Shown here piece after piece: positions 24,441 through 37,576 of a DNA stretch of 46,453 nt. This DNA is from Nemertoderma westbladi (taxonomy: Eukaryota > Animalia > Xenacoelomorpha). How positions within the stretch are numbered: position 1 is the stretch's first letter; the number at the start of each line of letters is the position of its first letter. Under the pieces are notes generated by a model. That model made no database searches. It had not been told where the DNA came from and saw only the letters and a list, made by a program, of their open reading frames with translations. The translations under genes were made by a program, and so were the position numbers. The stretch is taken from contig JAUCBJ010004449.1 in assembly GCA_032718475.1 (NCBI GenBank), positions 1 through 46,453 on the forward strand, given 5' to 3'.

Positions 24441-25118
24441 CAGGGCCGGATTAAGCTATATCGGGGCCCGGGGCTCAAATTAATTTGGGGCCCCCTTAAA
24501 TTTTTAGGGGGGGGGGGGGGGAGGGGGGTTTGTTCGCATATAATGATCACAAATTTTAGAATTGTTTTTTATTGCATCTAAAGCAGAATTTAATGGGGAT
24601 TTCAAATCTAAAAACTGCTTAGAGAGATATCTTTCAGTTCTCGAATTATCGTGGAATATCTGTCTGGCAATCAGAATGTCTAAATGTAAGACAGACAGAC
24701 AGATAACCGACCGACGGACAGACTAGATTCCATCAAATATTAAAACTGCCTTCGAAAGTGAAATCAGCGACCCCGAAAACCCCCGTGAATATAATTTTTG
24801 CTCGGTGGTGTGCTCCCTTCCTTTACTACTGTTAGTGTACTTTACATTATGACCCACCCCCCCCCCCCCCTTTTTTTTGCCCTTTGGCAATGTTTACAGT
24901 GGGAAATTGGTCAGGTATGGTATGGTATATTTTCAGTAAGTAGAATTTGGAATGTGAATTTCGCATTTGTTCATCTGGGTACGATATTCCTTGTAGGTTT
25001 TAGTTTTAACGTGGTTCCAAAAAATTTTTTTATGTAAGGATACTTTTTCTGGGGGGCCCCAAAACTTCAAGGGGCCCGGGGCTGCAGCCCCAAAAGTCCC
25101 GCCGTTAATACGGCCATG
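24441..25118. mobile_element. Non-autonomous hAT-type DNA transposon, 678 bp
   Basis: Termini CAGGGCCGGATTAA / TTAATACGGCCATG, subterminal GGGGCCCGGGG motifs at both ends, 8-bp TSD CCGGTAGG (24433-24440) / TCGGTAGG (25119-25126). Confidence 0.8.
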
Positions 25119-25369
25119 TCGGTAGGTCGAAAACGTTTACTATTGTATTTTTATTTAATATAATATAACCAGCTAAAGACCCTCACTACTTTATATTTTT
25201 CCCCCTAGATGCCCCTAGCCCCCCTAGATTATAACTGCTGTAAAACTGTACAACCACAGTATACGTATATCTGTCCAATTTTTTTTATAATTAGCGCATC
25301 TTTTGCAAAACACAGCGTCGCAGTTGGATTTATCCTTTTCGCGGATGAGATAACTGTAAAAACCAGAAC

Positions 25370-25735
25370 ACCTAATGGTACCTCATTTTTGTGCACCAAA
25401 ATTTGGGTGTGGCACTTTAAATTTTGAAAGTTATGATATTTGGAGAAACACTAAAGATATTATTTCTATTTTTTATTTGTTTTTTTTTTATCTATAAAAG
25501 TATTTTTGTATGTTTTCCAGGCAGCTGAATCGATTGAAAGTAATATAGAAACCTGAAGACCAGGGGTTTGTCATTATGTAATAAAAACTTGGGCTTATTT
25601 TTCGAAATTTGAGATGCCACGCCCTACAGTATGTAATTTTAGTGAGCAAAAAATGAGCTACCACGAGGTAGTCCTGTTTTTATTTCCAAAATTTGAAGTG
25701 CCACGCCAATTTTTTAGATGCACGAAAAGTAGCAT
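25370..25735. repeat. Degenerate internal inverted repeats, probable DNA transposon remnant
   Basis: GTGCACCAAAATTTGGGTGTGGCACTTTAAATTTTG (~25391-25426) pairs imperfectly with ~25687-25722, and GGTACCTCATTTTTTG pairs with ~25646-25662. Confidence 0.5.
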
Positions 25736-26669
25736 ACCGCTAAATTTTCAGGAATGGAATATTATCGCATTCGATTCAGCGTCTTGAAAAAACTACTAGA
25801 GCAAGCATAATGCTACACTATTACTTTTTAAAATAACAAAGATTTTAAAATTTGGTCATCGGACTTCTTATTTTTTTCATTAAAATTATGATATTCAGCT
25901 TATAAAATTGTCATTCTTTAAGATTTTAATGTGTTCATCTATAATTCCTTTACCTGCAGTCCAAATTCCTTAGAATGCCATTGGACGGTTACAAAAATAC
26001 AGTGGGTGAGCCGAATCGACACCCAAATGCACTGGAAGCACCTCTGAGCAGTTACATACTAAGGGCTTTCAGAATGTGAATGTAACGGTAATTAACCGAC
26101 CACAACCCACAGGTAAAAACAGCCTCGCAATAAATCAACCAATAATGGGGAGCCTCAATCGCGGTTGAAACCCATTTTACTTGGGAGTTGTATGAAAAAG
26201 TTAACTCCAAGTACAGTATATCCTGGTATATGGTCAACACTTCGAATTTGTCAACACTTAGAAATTGTCAACACCTTTTTTTTTTACCCCATTTCAACAC
26301 TTCGAAAAGGAATAAAGGAAATATTTGAATGTAAATAGAATAATAGTATATTTTAAAATACAATGATAACTATAGGTTAGTTAGTTAGGGATAGGTAATA
26401 AAAATTAGTATAATATATTAGTAGTAGTAATAAGGAATAATATAGCGAAATATTAATAATTTTAATTGCAGTTATTTTCGGATCTTGGGGTAGAATTCCT
26501 ACCTCTACCAGATTGGATATATATTGTAGTTAAATAAACCCATGAAGGTAACAAACCCATTATTGTTACTGTCACGAAATCGTTAACCTGGGCCATCTCA
26601 GCCTGAAGACGTGTATCCCGTTCTTGAATCTCGCGAGACTTCGGAAAAGTTATGGCTCCAGAGTTTGGT

Positions 26670-29237
26670 TGTAACGGTGCTTTCGCACTGTAAAAGTGCT
26701 TTCATACTGTAACGGTGCTTTCACACTGTAACGGTGCTTTCACACTGTAACGGTGCTTTCACGCTGTAACGGTGCTTTCACACTGTAACGGTGCTTTCAC
26801 ACTGTAACGGTGCTTTCACACTGTAACGGTGCTTTCACACTGTAACGGTGCTTTCACACTGTAACGGTGCTTTCACACTGTAACGGTGCTTTCACACTGT
26901 AACGGTGCTTTCACACTGTAACGGTGCTTTCACACTGTAACGGTGCTTTCATACTGTAACGGTGCTTTCATACTGTAACGGTGCTTTCACACTGTAACGG
27001 TGCTTTCACACTGTAACGGTGCTTTCACACTGTAACGGTGCTTTCACACTGTAACGGTGCTTTCACACTGTAACGGTGCTTTCACACTGTAACGGTGCTT
27101 TCATACTGTAACGGTGCTTTCACACTGTAACGGTGCTTTCACACTGTAACGGTGCTTTCACACTGTAACGGTGCTTTCACGCTGTAACGGTGCTTTCACA
27201 CTGTAACGGTGCTTTCACACTGTAACGGTGCTTTCACACTGTAACGGTGCGTTCACACTGTAACGGTGCTTTCACACTGTAACGGTGTTTTCACACTGTA
27301 ACGGTGCTTTCCCACTGTAACGGTGCTTTCACACTGTAACGGTGCTTTCACACTGTAACGGTGCTTTCACACTGTAACGGTGCTTTCACTCTGTAACGGT
27401 GCTTTCACACTGTAACGGTGCTTTCACACTGTAACGGTGCTTTCACACTGTAACGGTGCTTTCACACTGTAACGGTGCTTTCACACTGTAACGGTGCTTT
27501 CACACTGTAACGGTGCTTTCACACTGTAACGGTGCTTTCACACTGTAACGGTGCTTTCACACTGTAACGGTGCTTTCATACTGTAACGGTGCTTTCACAC
27601 TGTAACGGTGCTTTCACACTGTAACGGTGCTTTCACACTGTAACGGTGCTTTCACACTGTAACGGTGCTTTCATACAGTAACGGTGCTTTCACACTGTAA
27701 CGGTGCTTTCACACTGTAACGGTGCTTTCATACTGTAACGGTGCTTTCACACTGTAACGGTGCTTTCACACTGTAACGGTGCTTTCACACTGTAACGGTG
27801 CTTTCACACTGTAACGGTGCTTTCATACTGTAACGGTGCTTTCACACTGTAACGGTGCTTTCACACTGTAACGGTGCTTTCACACTGTAACGGTGCTTTC
27901 ACACTGTAACGGTGCTTTCACGCTGTAACGGTGCTTTCACACTGTAACGGTGCTTTCACACTGTAACGGTGCTTTCACGCTGTAACGGTGCTTTCACACT
28001 GTAACGGTGCTTTCACACTGTAACGGTGCTTTCACACTGTAACGGTGCTTTCACACTGTAACGGTGCTTTCACACTGTAACGGTGCTTTCATACTGTAAC
28101 GGTGCTTTCACACTGTAACGGTGCTTTCACACTGTAACGGTGCTTTCACACTGTAACGGTGCTTTCACACTGTAACGGTGCTTTCATACTGTAACGGTGC
28201 TTTCACACTGTAACGGTGCTTTCACACTGTAACGGTGCTTTCATACTGTAACGGTGCTTTCACACTGTAACGGTGCTTTCACACTGTAACGGTGCTTTCA
28301 CACTGTAACGGTGCTTTCACACTGTAACGGTGCTTTCATACTGTAACGGTGCTTTCACACTGTAACGGTGCTTTCACACTGTAACGGTGCTTTCACACTG
28401 TAACGGTGCTTTCACACTGTAACGGTGCTTTCACGCTGTAACGGTGCTTTCACACTGTAACGGTGCTTTCACACTGTAACGGTGCTTTCACACTGTAACG
28501 GTGCGTTCACACTGTAACGGTGCTTTCACACTGTAACGGTGTTTTCACACTGTAACGGTGCTTTCCCACTGTAACGGTGCTTTCACACTGTAACGGTGCT
28601 TTCACACTGTAACGGTGCTTTCACACTGTAACGGTGCTTTCACACTGTAACGGTGCTTTCACACTGTAACGGTGCTTTCACACTGTAACGGTGCTTTCAC
28701 ACTGTAACGGTGCTTTCACACTGTAACGGTGCTTTCACACTGTAACGGTGCTTTCATACTGTAACGGTGCTTTCACACTGTAACGGTGCTTTCACACTGT
28801 AACGGTGCTTTCACACTGTAACGGTGCTTTCACACTGTAACGGTGCTTTCACACTGTAACGGTGCTTTCACACTGTAACGGTGCTTTCACGCTGTAACGG
28901 TGCTTTCACACTGTAACGGTGCTTTCACACTGTAACGGTGCTTTCACACTGTAACGGTGCTTTCACACTGTAACGGTGCTTTCACACTGTAACGGTGCTT
29001 TCACACTGTAACGGTGCTTTCACACTGTAACGGTGCTTTCACACTGTAACGGTGCTTTCACACTGTAACGGTGCTTTCACACTGTAACGGTGCTTTCACA
29101 CTGTAACGGTGCTTTCACACTGTAACGGTGCTTTCACACTGTAACGGTGCTTTCACACTGTAACGGTGCTTTCACACTGTAACGCCGCTTTCACACTGTA
29201 ACGGTGCTTTCATACTGTAACGGTGCTTTCATACTGT
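26670..29237. repeat. 19-bp satellite, ~135 copies
   Basis: Unit CACTGTAACGGTGCTTTCA, highly homogeneous, no spacers. Confidence 0.98.
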
Positions 29238-29521
29238 ACTCAAATCAGTTCTCTAAGACTCGGGTGTAATGAGGAGAGTGTTGCGACTGTGTAGTCCGTT
29301 GTGGAACCCTTCAGCCACATTGGTGTGCATATGGTCCACAGTTGCCGAACTGTCCCCAAACTTAACATAAGGGCGCAACCGCAGAAGGCAACGATTGTTA
29401 TTAAACTTATTGGTTAGGGGGCATGACATTGGATAATTCAACCAATCACGCTTCGAGAATAGTGTCGTTAGTCAGGTACCCCCACCCCCCACAAAAAAAA
29501 TTTATACAAATCTTAATGAAT

Positions 29522-29712
29522 CTTGAAGTTGAAGTTGAAGTTTTTTTATTAACATCGTACATAACAATAACATAAAACAGCATATTAAAAACCGGTATAT
29601 GGAAATTGTATGTTTTAAAAATAATGCAACCAACATAATATTAAATTATAGTACAGTACAATGTTAGGGATAGCCCCATGAGGTTATACCTCTTTCCATG
29701 GAGGTCCCTTTA
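29522..29712 (-). mobile_element. Probable 3' end of a CR1/L2-type LINE
   Basis: The minus strand has a stem-loop-like AGGGACCTCCATGG...CATGGGGCTATCCCT, then AATAAAAAAA and an (ACTTCA)3 tail. Confidence 0.35.
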
Positions 29713-31194
29713 AATTAAAATGCAATTAAATAAAATATGGTAGACCGTACTGTAGTACAGAACCTACGTAAATAAAAAAATATAACAGCAAACTCGAAAT
29801 ATGGAAAACACTAGTTTAAAATTAAAATTATTAAACACTAGAAAACACTTGACAATTAATTATCTGGTATAGAAATAGCAATAGGAATAAAATATGGAAG
29901 ACATATGTAATTTAAAAAAAAGCCGATCGGTTAATCAGTTCAGAAAGAGCAGTTAATAGGTACTGCACTGCCGGCGCATCCCGGGGCTGGCGGATGCCAG
30001 CTGTCACTCATCCATCATCCTGGACCTCCTGACCTCTCCTGCATTGTTTATTTGACCAAAGGTAGCGGTAACCACACTCTGACACTCTTTAGATCACTTA
30101 GCTTTAAGTAGGCCTAGCTGTTTGAAGTCTGCCTGCATGTGTGCAGTGCACTTCTTACTGGTCCGCAATTGGCAATGCCTAATGGGTTTGTCTTTTTGCC
30201 GTATGTGTAGGCCCATGACCTACTATAACACGACCCGGAATGCTGCTGCAGGCATAAAAATTTAGTGGGGTAACTTTCAACTTTAATAACTTTTTTCCAC
30301 TTTATCTGCTGGTCACAAAAATTTCACTAAGTATAGATTAGTACATTTTTTACCTTTTGAGAAATTTTTTTTGGCTGCCAATTACTTTCTGTGAAGGTTT
30401 TAACATCACCTACATAGTTACCCTAGCTACCAGCAGCGACGATTTAAAATATACACTTTTCACCTATATTTCAGATAAAAAGTTAGAATTTTTCTTTTTA
30501 AGAAATTCAATATGCTGATCAAGATATTAATATCTCGTCATTTCTTGCGCGCCGCCGGGTGGGGGGGGGGGGGGGGGGTATTTTGTACTTAAGGTTGCCA
30601 TAGCAACTGGCATTCAAGTTTAAATATGTATTTATTGGAATATTCTTATTGCTACTGACATACCTTTATTATGAAAAATTATTGGTTTGTATAATTGTAA
30701 CAAATTTCTAAAATTATTTTACTACCTGGTTACCGTAGTAACCATCAAAACTATGCTTTATAATAATTTTCAACAATTTCTATAATTTATTATTCCTCGG
30801 CACTTTTAGTCACTTCTACTGGTATCAACGAAATATTATTAATGAAACTTTACCTTTTAATTTTACTTCTAGAAGAACGATTGCTTGTCTGTCCGTACGT
30901 TGAGCTGACATTCACCAAGGATTTCATCGTTCTCTATATTGTTTCGTTGATAATCGTTCTTGCTCCATCGAAGTTTTCCTTGTTGTAAAGGAACTTAATC
31001 AATCCTATGTCGGAAAATATATTACAAAATCAATCCATAGATAAAATTAGTTAAGTCTAGCCTGAAATGTATACAATCTACTGAGGTGAAAAGTGCTTTA
31101 TCGGTATAGTCGTCGGTTGTTAGAGGTTCCAAAATAATATTATTCTCATCTGCAAATTTATAAACTATTATTTTTTGAAATGACTTGACAAGGC

Positions 31195-31400
31195 TATGTA
31201 AAATGTAAATGTAAAAGTAAAAAAGAAGGCCTACATTTACATTTTCTTAGACTATTAATTAGGCCAGGGATTACGCACAAAGTCTGGCGACTTATTTCCA
31301 CTGCGGTCCCCCAGAACTATACTCCTCAGAGTAAACTCTAGTACTCATTTAGCTACCACTTAAGGGTGCAAGGCCAGAGATGCGCCCTGGCTGGTTCCTT
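31195..31400 (-). mobile_element. Possible 5'-truncated SINE
   Basis: Minus-strand GGCCTTGCACCCTTAAGTGGTAGCTAAATGAGTACTAG resembles conserved metazoan SINE central domains (GCCTTCCATCC...AAATGAGTACCAG) and is followed by a (TTTACA)n-like tail. No clear tRNA head. Confidence 0.3.
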
Positions 31401-32642
31401 TAAAGCATTCGTACCGAAACGAAACCTAACGGAATGGGTCAATAATTTCACTTTCAGGGATTTCGCTCTCTAGCGGAAGACAAGATAACTATAGACTGGT
31501 TAGCCCCCTTTGAATGCCACAGCTAATGGTCTAGTACATATCTGCCAAGTTTCAGCTTCTACGGATTAAAAGCAAAGAAATTGGAGGACATTTAATGTTT
31601 AGACATGTTGGAGTTGGAGACTGATGAACTGGGTTTCTTAAAGTTTTAAAAATCTCACCTTTTGGTCCTGTAATAATGCCAACAAATTTTTAACACGACA
31701 CAGCGTTAAATCCGACAAAGTTATTAGCATGTCAAATCGTAACGAAGACTACGTCTCGGCGTCAACAACTATTTGCCATTATTGTCCCACCCCTAACATT
31801 GTCAGTTCACTTGTCAGCTCCGGCAACGTCGTGGCTCACCCCACAAAGCGCGAGCTGTATAATCTTAGCACAGTACAGCCGGCCGCTGTATTATTTACCT
31901 GTACTGTACGTACAGGTCTATAAACATGGATAAATAGGCCAGGTACAGTACCGTGAGATTTAGCCATAGTGCTGCAGTGCACTGACCACTGTGTACAGGT
32001 ACTGCTTCCTGAATACGGGCAAATACGTCCCACATACGGTAGCCTACGGTAGGCTACGGGAACTATTTCAAATACGTACACATACGGCTAAAAGACAAAC
32101 CCTTGCCCAATCTCTAAAATCACATACGGATTATTCTCCATAGGACAGTAGGAACTAGGAATCCATTACATACACACATACGCGTATGTCTGTATGTACA
32201 TACGGATACCGATAAGGCGAAAAGTTATACGCAATAATTATCACTGATTCAGTTATATCTATCAGTCTATATGCTGAGCTATCAGAGTACCGGTACCGGT
32301 AATTTGATTATGTGTATTCTATTCCAAATATCCAATACTTAAATAGGCTAGTTACCGAGTTATAGAACTATCGGTACCGGTATTGTAGTTATTCCATAGA
32401 CTATCAGCTGATAGACTGATAGGATAGCAGGATAGACAGATAGAGTGATATATTTATACGTTTGACCTGTTCAGCTATTCCTAAAGCAAAGGGCATAAGT
32501 TTATATAGATTACTGCAACACTGGGCTACTCAGCTACTGCAGTACTGGGCTAGACCTAGACTGCTTGACTAGGCCTACTTCGGAACTCGCCACTAATAAT
32601 ACAGTAATACTAATAGACTGTCTAACCAGCTAACTGCAAGAA

Positions 32643-34382
32643 ATGAGTTCGACTTTGTGGAATTATTGTTCCCGGAGCGGTAGAACTGCAAACTCCTTCG
32701 GTGTCCTCTCCTCGCGATCACGATTACGGGAATACAAAAAACAAGATGTAAACCCCACAGTTTCATACCACCACGCCGGATTACTCCCCTCTCAAAGAAT
32801 ACTTATCCGCCAGGGGAACAAATTAATTCGACCTTCTATCCGAAATTTATTTATTCAAATGCAAGAAACTCCCAATCCCAACAGCATAAAGTTCCTTCCT
32901 GGAAGAGAAGTTTCTCCAGATGGGATCACCTGGGACTTCCCAACCGGACAAAGTTCCGTCGTCTCCCCACTTGCGCGACAGGTTGGTACCACCCAGTCCC
33001 GACTACGACTCGATAATTTGTTTAATATTCCTGCAGTCCTGTCACCTGTATTCGTCAAATTTCGGTAGCATGTATGTATCAGCTATCACTGTATCACTTA
33101 GGGCCTAGGCTACTGCCTACCGTATCCTTAATTTTTCATTTTTTTATGGGTCAGTGTGAATTGTACCCGTAGATACCTAAAGGAATAATTATTTATTACT
33201 TGGGTAAAAAGTAATACTTTTTCACTATTCGCGAAGCATTTTATTTACCGAACGCCAGCTACTGAGCTAGGTTAATTGTGGTGTGCTGGTGTGGTACTTA
33301 AAGTGGTACTTTTTTGTAGCGGCTTAATTCTTTAACACTTATTTAATCGGTTGTACCGTAGGTCAAAAAATAGATGGAATGCAAAAAAATTATTTAAGGT
33401 ATGTTGCAAATCTCTAAGGTTTGTAAAAATAAATTAGGGGGGGAGGGGGTCCAGGTGTACCTGAATAGAATACCATGACACTATAATTATTCTGTTTGTA
33501 CATGTGATGATATATATGTGTGTTGTATTAACATGGGTGGCAAAACAAACTTTTTTTTAACCTTAATAATATAGCGGAATATTTTTGTTTTATTGTTTGG
33601 ATTTTTTAGTTTGATTCGCTCCAGATTTTTCGGGAATGGCATATGGACTTGTAGCAAATTTATATTATGGCAGTACCCTGAATTAAAATCTCGGAAAATG
33701 GAATTGAAAGGCCTGTGTAATAAAATACGTACCTAATTCCATTTCATTAAATAATCAATCAACAATTCCATCCAAATATATTAAAACAACGCCGATATTT
33801 TGAGTACAGTAGGTCTACAGTATGGTTTGTTATATAGATAAGTACCGGTACATACAACGAGTATCCCGCGTGTTTCTGTTTCAGATATTCCGACTGGATG
33901 GTGTATCCCGCGTGTTTCTCGGCGCCGATTTCATCTCGATCACCAAGACAGACGACTCGGAATGGCAGCTGATGAAACCCGATATATTCGCGACGCTTAT
34001 GGACTTCTTCGCCGCGGGTCTCCCGGTTATAAAGGAGGGCGCCAAACCAGCGGAAGACACCGCCATTAGCGAGGATGATAGCGAAGTAGTGCAGATGATC
34101 AAGGAACTCCTGGACACCCGGATCCGGCCTACCGTACAGGAGGACGGGGGCGATATCATCTACAAAGGGTTCGAGGACGGGATTGTTAAACTCAAGATGC
34201 AGGGCTCCTGTAGTAACTGCCCCTCCAGTGTTGTCACTCTAAAGTCCGGCGTTCAGAATATGTTGCAGTTCTACATCCCGGACGTGTTAGGGGTGGAGGA
34301 AGTCTACGATGAGGCCGATATCGCCAGCGACAAGGCTTTCCATGAACTCGAAGATAAATTATCTAACAAAGATTCGCAGTGA
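32643..34382 (+). CDS. NFU1: NFU1 mitochondrial iron-sulfur cluster scaffold/carrier, ~278 aa; exons 32643-32981 and 33885-34382
   Basis: [64 protein letters not shown] and GSCSNCPSS (CxxC). Arg/Ser-rich N-terminal presequence. Phase-0 GT-AG intron. Confidence 0.95.
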
Positions 34383-36097
34383 CTTCATTAATTATTGGGT
34401 TCGGATCGCTATTTAATATTTTTTTTACTTTAATCTAATCTATATACTTTTAAATGCCACATTTTCGGTTTCATTGTTCCATTAACTAACAGTATTCTAT
34501 CAATCCGCATCTAACATTTTCAATGAAACACGACTCATAGTATAATCTGTATGTAGTACCCGACTACCCGTAGCCGTAACTACAAGAATTGTTATGTAAA
34601 ATACTCCTCTGTCATATCAGTTGTAATAATATGTACAAACAAAACAAGAGCAATTTATATAAACCCAAGCAAGTCAATGGATCAATGCACATAATGTTAT
34701 ATTTATGTATCAGGGTGATTATCACGAAACGTAAGTAGCCAACCCCATTTGTGAGCAATATTCAGAAAAGTGGCCAAAACATACAATAAAGTGAGACCGT
34801 GATGTAATTCCATTTCTACTGAATGAAATCTCATGAAATAAAATGTTACAGGTAGACATTTTCATCAGGAATCTAGGAAACCATGTTGCTAAACGCTATT
34901 GTAAATAAATCGTCAAAACCCACGGAAAACGTGATGTTTTGATAGAAAAAATTATTAGGAGCAGTTATGTTATATACCAAAGTCTATAATTTTTAAGAAA
35001 CATCATAGTCTGTAGATGTATAGTTAGCATACAGGAGATCCTGGAACATTTTGTTTTCTACAACACCACTAAAAATGTCCTCGAATGACAAAAATTGAAT
35101 AACGACAATTATGGTTACAGGCACACCTTGACATTTTTTATAAGAATCTGTAATTACCTAGCTGTAACACACAAAAACAATTATACAAATTCATCGAAAA
35201 CTTTTGAAGATATGTGGGTTTGAAGAACCTCAGATCGGGAGGGAAAACCGTGTACTGCTGAATTAAAGCTGAAGTATTAAAGCTGATAGAATCGCATATA
35301 ATTGGTACCTCGGTAAAACAATAACAGTTCTGAAATCGTCCCTGAAAATGCTTTCATTTTATGTATAATGTTCAATGTTTATACGCAGCATTTATAATGT
35401 GAGTTTGGCAGTGTCAGTCGTACCATAAAACGTCCCCTCATCTGTAACCGCCTGTAACCGACTCTCATTACATTTACATGGAAGGTTACAGGCAAGGAAG
35501 TTACCCACGCCTGTATCCAATTATCCTAAAATATGTATTAAAATAATGGTTACAGGAAGTGGACAGGAATGGACAAGCAGTATATTTTTTTACAGATCAT
35601 ATTTAAGGTCAGCCAAAATCGCATTGAATTCTACTGACTCTGGGCTTTCAGAATATATCATATGTTGGGTTTTGAGAAACTTTATTTTTTACAAAAAAAT
35701 TACTCTGGTTTGGCCACTTTTCTGTTATTATAGTTGATATACCGTGCTGTGCAAGTGGAACTGTTTCAAATACACAACAACATATATTGTGTGTCAGCAT
35801 CTTAGCAGTATTGCGGCTCTCGCTTTCCATGTTACACTCGCTCGCTGCGCTCGCTGGATAAACCAAGTCAATGATATAGAATTGTAGTTTATCAATCGTA
35901 TAAATTTTAACTGATTATTTAATTTGGGGAAAATATGTTTGTTGCCATAATGTTTATGTGTTCTAGAACTTAGTTCAATTACTAATTGATATTGCGCCAT
36001 TTATTGTTTCTTCAAATATCATTCTGACACATTTTATTCCGGGTTTTATATTTTATTGGCTTTGTTTGCTGCAATATTCTTCAGAAATTACATTGTA

Positions 36098-37576
36098 ATG
36101 TCACTCTACGAGATTCTACTAATTGGATTGTTCATTGGATCTGTGTTCAATTGGAGTGAGTATTCTAAACTAATGACTTCTTTAAATCTAATTTACATTG
36201 CTAAAGATGACAAAAAAAATAATAAAATATGATTAAAAAATCTTGAAAATTTTGTTAACACTAAATGCCGCCCGCACATGTAATATTTCGATTTTATACA
36301 AAAAAAATGTGCGTAATTAATGACGCAATCCAGGTAAATAAATAATAAATACGGTATCTCTATCGTTGAGATCTACATGCGGGTGATATACGAACTACTG
36401 GTAAATATTATAATAGATTTTTATTTAATTTATTTTGTAGTAATTATTAATAGTTAATAATATTTTATTTTATTCCACTCCACTAACTCTTGAGACATTC
36501 TACCACTTCTGCTCTGGTTTCTGCGGAATCGAAAACAGAAAACTGTCGCCCGTATTAGTCCAATCATGAAATATGACCTACTGCAGTATAAATTAATTTA
36601 ATCGACATCATAGAATTGGTTATTTCGTTTTTATTCGTATCTGTAGTCTACTGGCCAAGATAATTATTCATACTCTAAATTTTAAATAGGTAAGGTAACT
36701 CATGGCGAGCAAAATTCAAACAGCTATAAATCAGTTATATTCCCTACATGAGTGATATTAATTAAATAAAGCACAATGAAGCACACTAACTAAATTAATA
36801 TGAACTACCTACCTAACTATATACAAAAGTACAAAATCAGTCTAACCCGCTGAGTCAGTACGGTGCGCGGGGACAGCTGGCGACAAAACCTCGTCGTAGA
36901 GGCCGTCGGACAGAGGGTCCATGGAGCCGAGGATGGAGGCCGTGTTGCCGATCAAGATGGCTACGAGGTGGCGTTGGAGGAGGAACCGATGGGATCGCGG
37001 CTCCTGAGTGGCTGCGTGGAGGCGTTGGCCAACCTCCTTAAGGAATGCAGCCGTCTCAGGACCGGGCCGACCGAAGGTCTCGAATGCTACCGGGTAGATT
37101 CCCTATATTGATTAAATAAATATCAGTGATTCGCACATGTGGGTGGGCTTTGGGTGAACCATTCTCCTTATTTTAATAAGTAATCCCTATGCTAAATTTT
37201 CTAATTCGCAGAGGAATGCTCTAATGACAAAGAATGTGGCGCTGCTTCTGAGTGCGAATGGAATGACGGCTACAAACCTAAGATGTCCCGGTGTCGTTGT
37301 AAGGAAGGTTCGGTGGTATCCAACACGGCTACTCCCGATGGGTGCACCAAAGCTGGCGGGGTCGCTGATTGCAGCACAGATTTCGCAGCCTTCGAATTCA
37401 AAGAAGGTAAATGTGTCTGCAAAACGCCAAAGGAAGGCGAGAAACCAAAGAACGTTGTTTGGGTGGAGACGAACGAAAAGCTATCCATGTGGGTTTGCGG
37501 AGTCAGTGGAATGAAAGCAAATGATTTACTCGTCTGTTTGTCAGTCGGATTAATAGCGATGTTTCATTTAGGGTGA
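36098..37576 (+). CDS. Small secreted Cys-rich (EGF/EB-like) protein with hydrophobic C-terminus, probably GPI-anchored, ~140 aa; exons 36098-36155 and 37212-37576
   Basis: Exon 1 MSLYEILLIGLFIGSVFNW ends at a phase-1 GTGAGT donor. The phase-1 acceptor TTCGCAG leads into ECSNDKECGAASEC...CRC...CVC..., ending LLVCLSVGLIAMFHLG. AATAAA at ~37700. Additional small exons cannot be excluded. Confidence 0.65.
36771..37097 (-). mobile_element. 5'-truncated CRE-type retrotransposon 3' end (second family) in an intron
   Basis: Minus strand 37092-36843 reads PVAFETFGRPGPETAAFLKEVGQRLHAATQEPRSHRFLLQRHLVAILIGNTASILGSM...stop, the typical C-terminal RLE segment. Flanked by an imperfect ~23-bp direct repeat. 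Confidence 0.75.

Noticed and set aside
30850-31150. Possible minus-strand exons divergent from NFU1
   Set aside because: Splice-like signals exist, but the best frame has an internal stop and no recognisable homology.
33822-33884. N-terminal extension [21 protein letters not shown] of the NFU1 ORF
   Set aside because: It is intronic. The conserved protein joins SPLARQ directly to IFRLDGV.
34711-35640. Tc1-like start CAGGGTG with recurring GTTACAGG/CTGTAAC motifs
   Set aside because: No matching right terminus or coding remnant was found, so it is too degenerate to call.
36863-37111. 82-aa plus-strand ORF as an exon of the Cys-rich gene
   Set aside because: Its phase is incompatible with exon 1, and the minus strand encodes a recognisable retrotransposon RLE C-terminus.
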